Assembly (NCBI GenBank): GCA_000004695.1
Contig: CM000153.2
Location: forward strand, 2,368,001 to 2,432,000
Source: Dictyostelium discoideum
Taxonomy: Eukaryota
Direction of reading: 5' to 3'
DNA length: 64,000 nt
This document shows, piece by piece, positions 47,025 through 59,628 of this stretch. The notes under the pieces were generated by a model. The model did not search any database, was not told the origin of the DNA, and saw nothing but the letters and a program-made list of their open reading frames with translations. How positions within the stretch are numbered: the stretch's first letter is position 1; the number at the start of each line of letters is the position of its first letter. A program made the position numbers and the translations under genes.

Positions 47025-47363
47025 CCTGAAATTGTTATTTTTTTTTTTAAAAATATCAAAAAAAAAAAAGAATAAAATAAAACTTAAACCAGGAGAATTT
47101 TGAAAAAAAAAAATATTTAAATTTAAAATGTTAAAAAATGGTATGGATGTGTTTAAGCTATGGGCTAATATTTAAATAATATACAATAGGTAATATTTTA
47201 CAAACAAATTAAAAAATTAAAAAAATATCAAAAAAAAAAAAAATTAAATAAAAAAAAAAAAAAAAAATCAAGTTTAAAAATTTGTGTGTTTTAATTATTA
47301 TTATATTAGACACATTAATTAGTTTTATTATTATTATTTTTTCTTTTTTTTCTACTTTAAAAA

Positions 47364-47399
<36 letters not shown>

Positions 47400-48041
47400 A
47401 TTTTTTAAAATGTGTGGTTTAGGAATAAGATCCCTCAAATAAGATTATGCCAATTGAAAATTATAAAAAATTAATTTTCCAATATAAAGAATAAACAAAG
47501 AAAAAATGTTTTGCACTGGGTTTATAAAATTAAACAAAAATTTAATATAAATTAAAACAATCTCTCATTTTTCAAAAATGATTCAATCAATTAAAAAAAT
47601 GAAAGATTGCAAAATTTTATTAATTTAAAATTAAGTTTATTAATATCTTCGGTGAAAAAAAGAAAATTCACAGAAGAAAAAAAAAAAAAAAATCATTTTC
47701 CACATAAAACTATTCAAATTAATTTATTTATTCAAACAAATAAAAATTTATGAAATATTTGAAATATCTAATAAAGAAAAAAAATCGAAATAATATACAT
47801 ATAGCATATTGAATAGTTTTAAAAAAAAAACAAAATTCAAACCAAATATTATTAAAAACTAAAGAATGTTTTTCAGTAAATATTATTTAGAAAAAAAGAA
47901 AAAAATTTAATAATCTATGCCAATATTATATATATTTTTTTTTATAGAATCACATTAGTTTAATAACTTGTTGTAAGTTGTGTTTAAATTTTTATTTTTC
48001 GACTTAAGTTTAATTTTTTATTTTTTATTTTTTATTTTATT

Positions 48042-49558
48042 TTATAATTTTGGAGGATTAAAATCTTTAAGATTTTTACGTAATAGTTTACCGGTTGCAG
48101 ATTTAGGAATTGCAGGTATGAAAAAGATACCACCTCTGAAATGTTTATAATTTGCAATTTTTGGATGGGCCCAATCTAAGAGTTCTTTTTCGGTTAGAGA
48201 TTCATTTTGTTTAATAACAACGAAACCTCTTGGTACTTCACCCATATCACCTTTTGAAAGACCTACTACACAGGCATCTGCAACTTTTGGATGAGATAAT
48301 AGTAATGCCTCCAATTCGGCAGGAGGTACTTGGAAACCTTTACATTTGATCAATTCCTTTGATCTATCGACGATAAAGTAATAACCATCTTCATCGACGT
48401 AACCAATATCACCAGTTTTTAAGAATCCATCTTTATCTATGACTTCATTGGTTGCCTTTTCATTGTTATAATAACCCAACATAACATTTGGACCTTTAAT
48501 ACAGATTTCACCCTTTTCACCCATACCTAAATTCTCACCAGTCTCTGGAGAGATGATTTTAGCCAATTGATTGGGTAAGAGGATACCAGCGGAACCAGAT
48601 TTAACTAATCCACTTGGAATTACAAAACAGGCTGGACTAAGTTCGGTAGCACCATAACCTTGTTTAATTACAAGTCTGCCTTTGAATCTTTCTTTAATTA
48701 AATCTTCAACCTCTGAACTCAATGGAGCAGCACCACTAAATAGTGTACGTAAACTTGAGAGATCAAATTTATCGACGATTGGTGATTTTGCAAACATGAT
48801 AGCAACTGGTGGAACAATGAATGAAATTGCAACCTTATACTTTTGAATTAACTCCAAGAATCTAACTGGTTCAAATTTTGGTAAGACAACAACACGATGA
48901 CCTTGTTTCACCATCAACATTAAGAATAACATTAAACCATAGATATGAAAGAAAGGTAATATACCCATAACTGTATCATTCTTTTTATAGGTTGATGTTT
49001 CAATGGTTTGAGTTTGATATGTATTGGAAACGATATTATGATGACTTAAACAAACACCTTTAAATAATCCAGTTGTACCACTTGAAAATGGAATAATAGC
49101 TGTATCTTTCTTTGGGTCAATTCTAACGATTGGGTAATCTTTACCATTATTATTAATTAGTTGATTGAATGACATTACAATTCCATCACTAGATAAAGTT
49201 AATTGATCAATTTCTTTTAAAGTTTGACCTGCAATATCGACTAAAATCACTTTTTCAACACTTGGAAAAACTCTTTTTAAATCATTTTTAATCTTTTCAT
49301 ATACTGCTAATGTTACTGCTAAATATCTTGGTGAAACTGTTGCTAATGTATGTGATAACTCTTCAATTGTATAGTCTGGATTAACTAATGATGTAATGCC
49401 TCCCATCAATAATGTACCATGAAATATTGGTACATATTCTGGTAAATTTGGTAGAATTACTCCAAGTACATCACCTTTTTTAATATTTAATTTATTTAAA
49501 CCACATGCGACCTAATTGAAAAATAAATAAAAATAAATAAAAAAACTATTAATATTTG

Positions 49559-49591
<33 letters not shown>

Positions 49592-49784
49592 TATTTACCT
49601 TTTCAATTGTATCAGCGACAAAATGTGAAGAATATTCTTTAAAAGTTAAACCATCAACTAATAAAACTTGATCAGGTTTAGATCTAATATGTTTTAAAAT
49701 TAATTGTGGTACTGGTTTCTCTGGTATTATAATATTTGGGTATTTTGATGTGAAATAAGTTTGTCCTTTAACTTTTATAATCAT
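48042..49784 (-). CDS. 4-coumarate-CoA ligase-like acyl-activating enzyme, tandem copy C; 2 exons approx 49600..49784 and 48042..49511
   Basis: Same architecture and motifs as copies A and B. Confidence 0.85.
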
Positions 49785-50208
49785 CCTGAAATTATTATTT
49801 AAAGTTGAAAAAAAAAAAAAAAAAAAAAAAGAAAATATAATAAATTAAAACAAAAATGAAAAGAATATTGGGAGTAAAGAAAAAATAATAAAATTTAAAA
49901 AAAAAAGTTAAAAATAATTGGTTATTTTTTTTAAAAAATGGTGTGAATGTGTTTATGCTATGGATTAATATCTAATAATTTACAAAGGTATTTTACAAAT
50001 AAATATCTAAAAAAAAAAAAAACTAATTTTAAAAAAAAAAAAAAAAAAATTAATTTAAAAAAAAAAAAAAAAAATTAATTAAAAAAAAAAAAAAAAAAAA
50101 AAATCGAACGTTTGATTTTTTTAACTGAAATTTCCAATCGTCATAATATCCTAAATTAATTTAAATGATGGTTTTTTGAAATTACAAACATTGCGCAAAT
50201 ATTAAAAC

Positions 50209-50239
<31 letters not shown>

Positions 50240-50842
50240 CTTTTATTTTTTAATATTAAAATTTTTTTTTTTGTTTTGTGTTTTGTTTAATTTTGTTTTG
50301 TTTTTTTTTTTTTATTTTATTTTTATTTTTTATCTTTTTTATTTTTACCTGAAAACCTTATTTGATTTTGAAAATGTTAAAAAAACAAAACCTGACGACA
50401 TATGATGAATTTTTATTTTTATTTTTATACCACCATATTATTTTTTTTAATTTTTTTAATTTTTTTTATTTGACAATTCAAGTAATTTTTTATAAGCTTT
50501 CCCAAATAGGATGGAAATAATTTTTTTGTTTTAAGATTTTTTTTGTTTTATTAATTTAAAAAAAAAAATTATTAAAAAAAAAAAAGAATGAATATTTGTT
50601 AACTCAATCGAATAAATAAATATTTTAAACCATACAATCCAAATTAAAAAATATATATATATTTGGAAAATAACCTTAATATTTAATTTCTGGAAAATAC
50701 AAATGGAGAGGGAGATATGAATTTTTTTTTTTTTTATATCGATAAAGTACTTTATTTTATTATTTTTATTTTATTATTTTGTTATTTTATTATATTATTT
50801 TTAATTATTATTTATTTATTATTTTTTTATTTTTTTATTTTT

Positions 50843-53462
50843 TTACATATTTTTATATTTTGCTTCTAAAGTTAAAATTGCATTTGGAGAAATTCTTTTT
50901 GTTCTTTGTAAGAAATCAATAATGATTTTACCTTCTTCTAGAGAAAAGAAAGGTTGACTCATTTTCTCTAAAAGATAATTTAATAATTCATCCTCTGCGG
51001 AAAGGGCTTGATAAAATTGACGAATACGGTCAAAGAAAATCTCACGTTTTACAATGATATTTGAAAGATTCTGTTGAAGTGTGAACACATTTTTACAAAG
51101 TTTAGCAACACCATTATCATTGATTGAATTGACATGTACCAATTTCGAGATTAATAATTTACCAATTAATTTTGCAATACCACTAAATAAGAAATTACAT
51201 TTATCACTTGTTAAATAAATTGACATCATTTCTTCACTTGCTGATAAATCTTTATTCAATTCAACAATGAATGAATCAGGATCAGTTCTTTCCTCTTCAC
51301 ACATATATTGAGCTCTCTTAAATCCTTCTAAAAAGTAAAAACAATGAATACGATATTCAATACGTAATGCTAATAAACAACGTTTTGATAAATCTTTAAA
51401 TCTTTGTGCAATATCCTTAATTGGTTCTTCCATTGTTTTCAATGCTTCAATTGATTCTGCTGACATTTGATTAAATGTACCTATAAAATTATTACTACCA
51501 GTAGTTGTACTATTATTTTCTTTATTACTTGCTGTACTATTACCACCACTATTAATACCACTATTTAATTTCGATGGTGTTTTAATAGAATCAACTTGTT
51601 GTTGCTGTTGTTGTTGTTGCTGTTGTTGTTGTGTATATTTTTCTTTTTGATCTTCTTGAACAATTAATAATTGAACAATTTTATCAGCTAACCAATTTAA
51701 ACTATGACTCATATTGGCCAACATTGTTAATTTTTCAATATTTAAAATTAATTGATTCTTTAAAACTGGTTTTTCAGGATGATTGAATAAATCAGACTCT
51801 AATTTAAATTCATATTCTTCCTCTCTTGAATCTTGAAATTTAGCAACATCTTGTTTCTTTGAACTTACAGCTAATGATGCTAATAGATATTTATAGAGAT
51901 CTGTATTCAATAGTTGATTAGTTAATGTTGGATCTATTTCTTGACTGAATTTACTTAAACATTTTTCATAATATCTTAAGAGTGATACTTGAATGATTGC
52001 ACCAAACTCTACGACATAATGACTCATAGCCACAATATCAGAGAAAAGTTCAATAACAAATTGAAATATTTGTAAGGTACTATTTAAAATTGGTTTAGTT
52101 TCTTTTAATCTAAATACTAATTTATATCTTTCCAATGGTTTGAATGCTTCTGTACTTTCAATTGAATGAGCGAATCTATCCTTATAATCATTCTTTATAT
52201 GTTGTAAAAAGTTTCTATGAACAAAATCATCTATATATAATCTTAATAAACCTTTTTTACTATTTTGATTATGATAACTATTTGTAGTAGTAGTAGTAAT
52301 GGTGGTGGTGGTTTTAGTAGTTGTTGGTGTACCAGTTCTATCTCTAAGGGTTTTATCTAAATGGTCAGTAAACTTGACAATCATTGGATAAATTGGTGTA
52401 ACATTATATTGTGAAGCTTTAAATATACTAATTACAGCAGGACCACCACTATTTGAATCAATAGCATCAGCACCTGAAGTACCATTTGGTGAAGTTGGTG
52501 AAGTTGTTACCATTGGACTAATTGAACCATTCCAATTATCAGTAACAATTGAATTTGTAAAACTAAATAGTCTTTGAGACTTACCACTATTTGATTCAGT
52601 ACCATCTGGATTTAATCTACTCTTTGTACTTAATAATAAACTTGATGTATCTTGTAAATGAACTCTTAACATTTCTCTAATCTCTTTTTGAATGATTTCC
52701 CAAACTAATGATGCATCATAAACATCTGCAATTTCAACTTTTGATTTTTGAAGTTTAGTTGGTTTTGGTGTACCTTCGAAATCATTATCGGAATCACCAC
52801 CACCACCCTCAGTTTCTTCTTTAAAATCAAATTTATTTGCACGAATTTTTAATTCACTTTTTCTAATTGCATCATTAAAAATTTTACTTAATTGAAGATG
52901 ATTCTTGAAAACCATATTAACTTTATTGAATATCATTTTCAATAAATCTACCAATGGTATATTGTGAGTTTGATTAGCTAATAAATCATTTCTATTGAAA
53001 GTTTCAGTCAAGAAATTGAATGCTGCTGAATATTCATCGATATTACTAAATGTTGCACTACCAATATGTGAATTCTTACTTAATACACTTGGTGATAATC
53101 CATTAGCCCCAATATTTGATGATGTTGAGGATGTTGGTGATGATGACGATGCTGTAGAACCATTACCATTTATACCACCACTACCATTCATACTATTATT
53201 ACCACCACCATTGCTACCATTACTACCATTACTACTATTTGATGATTCGCCAGGCATCTTTGGTATAACTCTACCTTCACTATGATATACATTGGTAATA
53301 AGTGTTATACTATTTGTAATTGCAGTCTTTAATTCAATTGAAATTCTACCTAAAATTAAACCAACCGCTGGTGATAAATATTCTAAAACATTCAATGCTT
53401 CAACTAATAATGTCATAAATAATTTTCCATCTTGTTCTGGATCAATATTTAAATCTTCTTTA

Positions 53463-53507
<45 letters not shown>

Positions 53508-54496
53508 ATTTAACATATTAGAATAATAAATAATAAATAATAACTAATAAAATTATATTTATACAAACATTTGAAGTTTTAGAAATTTCTTCAAGTTTTA
53601 AAACTTCTGGTTGATTAGATTGTGATAATCTTTCTTGATTATATAAATTTGCAGCTGCTTTTTCAGCTTTTTCTTGACTCGCTTTAGTTTGAAAAGCACC
53701 TGTAAATTGTGGTTTAAATGGTGATGTCGTAGTCGGTGGTAGTGGTGATTTAAAAGTATTATTACTATTATTACTATTACTATTCTTGTTACTAATATTT
53801 GTATTGTTTTTTAATATTAATATATTATTATTATTATTAAATTATAATTTTGAAAAAAAAAAAAAAAAAAAAATACAATACGATAATAAAATTTTCTTAA
53901 AATTTGATTGTAAATTATTTTCATCATCATATTCAAATGCTTTTAAAGATGATTTAGTTTTTAAATAAATATGGTCATTTAATTTCTCAACTAACATATC
54001 TTTGAATGATTCTTTCTTTTCAACTAACATTTGTCTAAGATCCATTAATGCATTAACATTAACAAGATCCCTTTCATTTAAAGTTGATATTGAATTTACT
54101 AATATATTTGCTGCATGTACAAAATGATTTCCTTTAATATATTTATTTAATAAATCTGGTACTTTTTTTAATTCTTCCCTATAAAAATATATAAAAAATA
54201 AATAAAAAAAAATTATTATTTATTATTTATTATTTATTTTTTATTATTATTTTATTATTATTTATAATTATTACATTTTCTCTAAAATTTCAATCATATA
54301 ATAATATTCTAAATTTCTTTTCCATAATCTTTCTATACCTGTACCATTAAAATTGATAAGTTTATTAGTCTCTTCAACTTCTTTACTCATTAATAAAGCA
54401 TTACCATGTGATGTACCCATAAATTCTAAAATTCTAGAATAATTGTGAATGGATTTATTGAATCCTTGAAAGTAAACTGTATATATATATAGTATG

Positions 54497-54574
<78 letters not shown>

Positions 54575-54835
54575 TTATTACAAATATATTAGAAATTGTT
54601 TTAAAATTGTAAAGAAAAATCAAAAATTACCATCAACAATATTATCAGTTTCAACATTAACTTCATCTAACCAATCACCAATTTGATTAAGTAATTCTTT
54701 TCTATTTGATGATCTCATATAATCTAATGCAGTTCTTCTTGCTTGAAATGAGGTTTTATGATATTGTTCGGGTATACTCGATAATACCTTTGATATCTTA
54801 TTTTCATCTAATTTCTTTTCTTCATTGTCATCCAT
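50843..54835 (-). CDS. Exocyst complex component Sec8 (EXOC4 homologue); at least 5 exons approx 54630..54835, 54276..54479, 53881..54178, one or more small exons around 53580..53800, and 50843..53470
   Basis: Exons 2-3 ...ERLWKRNLEYYYMIEILEK|MEELKKVPDLLNKYIKGNHFVHAANILVNSISTLNERDLVNVNALMDLRQMLVEKKESFKDMLVEKLNDHIYLKT are collinear with human EXOC4 [95 protein letters not shown]. Long C-terminal helical exon. Internal exon 4 boundaries unresolved. Confidence 0.6.
54496..54573. repeat. (ATT)n microsatellite within the first intron of the Sec8 gene
   Basis: Read directly. Confidence 0.9.
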
Positions 54836-55375
54836 TTTTCTTTTTTTTTTTTTTTTTTCTATTTCTTTTATAAATACATAAATATTTGTACAATAAATTA
54901 TTGAAAAAAAAAAAAAAAAAAAAAATTTTGTTTCGACCCAGTGGATTTTTTTTTTTTAATTAATTTTTTTTAAGCATTTTCATATTTATTTTTTAATTTT
55001 TTTTATTTTTTTTAATTTTTTTATTTTCCAATTCGTTTTAAATTGCTTAATTGGACAAAATAAAAAATAATAATACATGTATTATTATTCGAATTTCTTA
55101 CTTTTTTTTCACATATAATCATTTTTCATATTATTTCCGCCTTTAAGTGGTAAATTCTCAAAAAAAAAAAAAAAGAAAAAAAAAAAAAAAAAACCCATTA
55201 AAAGATTTTTTAAAAGAAAGAAATAGTTTATCTTTTTTTTGGTATTATTGGAGATAATTTTGATGATTTAAAAAGATATAAAAAAATTGGATATAAAGAT
55301 AAATTACAAAATAAAATAAACAATTTTAATATTTAATTTCTTTTTATTTATTTTTTTTAATTTTATTTTAACAAT

Positions 55376-58300
55376 TTAATCATATTTATTTATAATACTA
55401 AATAAATTTTCAAATGAATCTTTATTTGGATCAAAATTTTCAAAATAATCCAAAAGCTCATTATATTTTTTAATTTTAGATTGATTTGGTGATATTGGTT
55501 CAAAATTTTGACAATTAATAGTTTTGTATTGTTTTTGATGATCCATAATTTCATAAGCTCTATTTACTACATTTTCATTTACACCAGCAATCTTTGCACA
55601 TAATATACCAAACGATGAACTTGAAATACCTTCTTTTAATTTATAAAATGGTATAAATTCATTTGGTTTATTATTTGTATTTGTTATTTTATTTGTAGTA
55701 TTGAAAATATTATTATTATTGGTTTTAGTATTGGTAGTTGTGTTGGTTGATTGTAAATCTAAAAATTTATTATTATTATTTTGATTATTATTAGTTTCAA
55801 TCACAAATTCCATTGTATTAAATAAAACTTTATTAAATATACTATCGGTTGAATTTGAAATTAGTTCAAAGAATTCATAAAAGTGAGTACAAATAAAAGT
55901 TTTTGGAGTTGATGGCGATTTAGTTAAAAGGAATACCAATAGACCATATAGTAGAGAGATACCATCCAATGGATTTGTACCTTTTCCATACTCGTCAATG
56001 ATTAAAAGTGAACGACTAGTTGCAAAACGAGTCATTTGAGCAATTTGTTTACAATCGATCATAAATGAGGATTCAGAGATGGCATTACTCTCTCTTGATG
56101 ATATTCTAGTATAGATATGATCAAATAATGATATAGTAGCACTTTTAGCAGGTACATAACTTCCAATTTGACCAAGGAAAACAATTAGAGCAACTTGTTT
56201 AATATAAATACTTTTACCAGATTGATTTGGACCAGAAACGATAACTACTGGCTTTGTTGGGTCGTTTTGAGTGTCATTTGGTATGAAATTGGTGACACAG
56301 TATTCTTGAATTAAATGACGACCACTTTGAATTTCAATTTCTTGTTGTTCCGTTGAAATGATTGGTTTAACAAGATCATATGCTTGAACACAACTTGCCA
56401 ATGATAATATACAATCCAATTGAGTACAATAATTACATAAATCAATGATTGAACCACTATTAGACATTATTTCGTCAACTACCTCTTTTTCAATCCTTGA
56501 TTGAATATCTAATATATCATTATGAATATCACCAAAGAAATCATCCAATTCTTTAGTTTTTTGATTTTGAAAATAAAGGTAACTACTTGTTTTAAATATA
56601 AAACTTAAAGATGGTATATTAATTTGATTACCAATTGCAATACTCTCTTCAATTGGTATACAAATTAAACAACCCAATTGTGGATAATAAACTAAATGAA
56701 ATGATGTAATCCAAGTTAGATTTGTAAATTTAACTCTTTCTAATTCACCATGTTCAGTTAGAATTTCATCCATTGATAAATAAACATTTCTCAATTGATC
56801 CAATTCTTCATCAACCCCTTCTCTAATTGATATTCTTTGGTCATCTTGATCTGCAAAAAAAAATATACTTTCAAATTTTTGATATATATTAACCAATGAC
56901 TGTGGATATAAATTATTTAATTTCTTTAAAAATGGTAGTTCAGAATTCTTTGGAACAATTAATAATTTAATCTTTAAAAAATAATGAAAAGTTTTATAGA
57001 TTGAAATGAAATCTTTAGATGGATTTTGTGATGACCTATATATATAAATAGTAAAAAAAAAAAAAAATTAATTAAAAAAAAAATAATAAACTTTATTTAA
57101 ATTTATTATATAATACATACGAAATTCTACTTAAAATTATTTTTAAATCTTTAATATTTTTTAAATTATCTAATAATTCAAATTTTAATGATGAGTTTTC
57201 TTGTGAAGAAAAAAATTGAATTAAATTTTGTCTTTCTTCAATAACAAATCTATTTCTTGATGGTCTCATAAACCAAGTTCTAAAATTAAAAAAAAAAAAA
57301 AAAAGTACTGTTTAATAGTTATATTATAATATAATATATCATTATATTCTTCAATATTGAAAATTATTGATTAAAAAAATATATTACTTTAATAACTTTT
57401 TACCCATTGTTGTTTTTGTTTTATCGAACAAACCAAATAAAGATAATCCTTCTTTTGAATTACCGAATGAATAACAACTTGGATGGCTTTTTTTAATAAA
57501 AATATTAGTGTTAAAATAAATTTTTTTTAAAAAAAAAAAAAAAAAAGAAATGATTACTTTTGGTTTGAAAATATTTGTAATGAAAATAAAGTATTATTAT
57601 CTAATAATAAATATTGATTTAAAGTAATTGGACAAATTTCATTAATAATTAAATTATCCAAAGAATCGAAATCATCCAATAAAATATATTTTGATAAATA
57701 TGATAATAATCCACCAACTGCTCTTATCTAATATTTTTTAATAAAAAAAAAAAGAAAAAAACGAAAAAAAAGGGTTAATATTGCTTTGTGTTTTTTTAAT
57801 TTTTTAGAATAAATTTTATTTACCATTTCAATATTATCAAAATTGAAAACATTTTGTAAAAATGTATATTTAATTGTTGTATTGTTGGTATTGCACATTG
57901 ATAATTTAAGATTTAACAATCTATTCTTTGATGATTCAAATGTAAAATCACTAAATCTTGAATAATGGTATTGAGTATTTTTTGATGTTTGTTTTTCATT
58001 ATTTTCATTAGAGTCATCTAAATTTCTTAAAATATTATCAATAAATTTTTGTGGCATTCTTGAAGGTATTATTATTACTTTTGGATTTATTAGTTGTTTA
58101 ACTTTTTTAAAAAATAAAAAATTATAGAGTTAATAAAATTTTTTTTTTTTTTTAATTTAATATTAGATTTAATTAAATAAATAACAATATACCTACTTGA
58201 ATTTAAACAAGAAAAATTCTCATCTTCCCAGCATTGGCATAAATAGATATTAGATTCTAATCTATCATAATAAGCTACACCAATTTTTAAATCTTGATAA

Positions 58301-58473
58301 AAAACTGCTAAAATTGAATGTGATTGATTATCAATTTCTATATTATCATTACTAATTCCATTTGTATTTTCATTAATACTTTTGTTGGATCCAATAATAT
58401 GATGTGGTGGTATTTCATTATCAACCCAACCAATTGGACTTTGATTATTTATTAAAATATTATGTGTATTCAT
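55376..58473 (-). CDS. msh5: MutS homologue MSH5 (meiotic MutS-gamma type; no mismatch-binding domain I); at least 6 exons, including approx 58190..58473, 57728..58057, 57590..57720, 57420..57480, 57045..57260 and 55376..56990
   Basis: N-terminus ILAVFYQDLKIGVAYYDRLESNIYLC matches the MSH5 N-terminus [25 protein letters not shown]. Connector/lever LSLFGLFDKTKTTMG. ATPase PVVIVSGPNQSGKSIYIKQVALIVFLGQIGSYVPA, SSFMIDCKQIAQ, SLLIIDEYGKGTNPLDGISLLYGLLVFLL, and THFYEF (MutS C-terminal H-x-x-x-E-like). Confidence 0.7.
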
Positions 58474-58529
58474 TTTCTAATTAATTAAAATATTAAAAAA
58501 AAAAAAAAAAAAAATTAGTTATGTTTAAA

Positions 58530-58564
<35 letters not shown>

Positions 58565-58749
58565 ATAATTTAAGAAATTATTTTTATTATTTTAAAATCA
58601 AATAAATAAAAATTAATATAAATTTTTTTAAAATTATTAAAATTATGATTTTATTTATTTTTTAAGTATATATATTTTTTAATAAATAACCAAAAAAAGA
58701 TATTACCTTTTTTTTTTTTTTTTTTTTTTTTTTCCAAAACAATAATTAA

Positions 58750-59334
58750 TTAAAGTTGAGATGAATTTGTTTCAAGCATTTTTCTTAAAAAACATCTAAT
58801 TAAAGTTGCAATATTTCTATTAACTTGAGAAAGAGTATGTTGTTCTAAAGATAGTAAAGGAGAAGAAGATAATCTTAGATCAGTTGGAGGCCATCTTTTA
58901 ATTTGTAAACAAGTTGAAAATTGTTTAAATCTATCAATCATTTGTACCATTAATTCTAAACCACAAACCCATTCATCTTTTATTGTATCCCAAACGATTT
59001 GATAAGTTTCATTCATTGGATTAGGTGGAACTTGAACATCAATATAAAATTTAATACTTGAAATAAATAATTTATTCAATAACTCCTCGCCCTGTGGTAA
59101 TGCTAAAATATCCTTTTCATCTAAATTCTTTAAAATTCCAAATGATAATGTCATTAAAGTACCAATTAAAAATTGATATGTTATAATTTCATTATTTATA
59201 ACATTATTATTATTATTTTCATTATTATTGGTATTAATATTATTATTATTTTCATTTTCATTATTATTATTATTAATGTTTTGAATATTTTCAATATCAT
59301 TTTCATCAATATTTTGATTATTATTGTTATTTTG

Positions 59335-59400
<66 letters not shown>

Positions 59401-59540
59401 GTTGTTGTTATTATTATTATTATTATTATTTGGTAAACTATTACTTAATTGATTTATACATTCAATTGAAACAATTAATAATTGTAAGAAAGCTGTTCTT
59501 GTAGTAGTACCAGGGAACCCACCACCAATACTACCAACCA

Positions 59541-59628
<88 letters not shown>

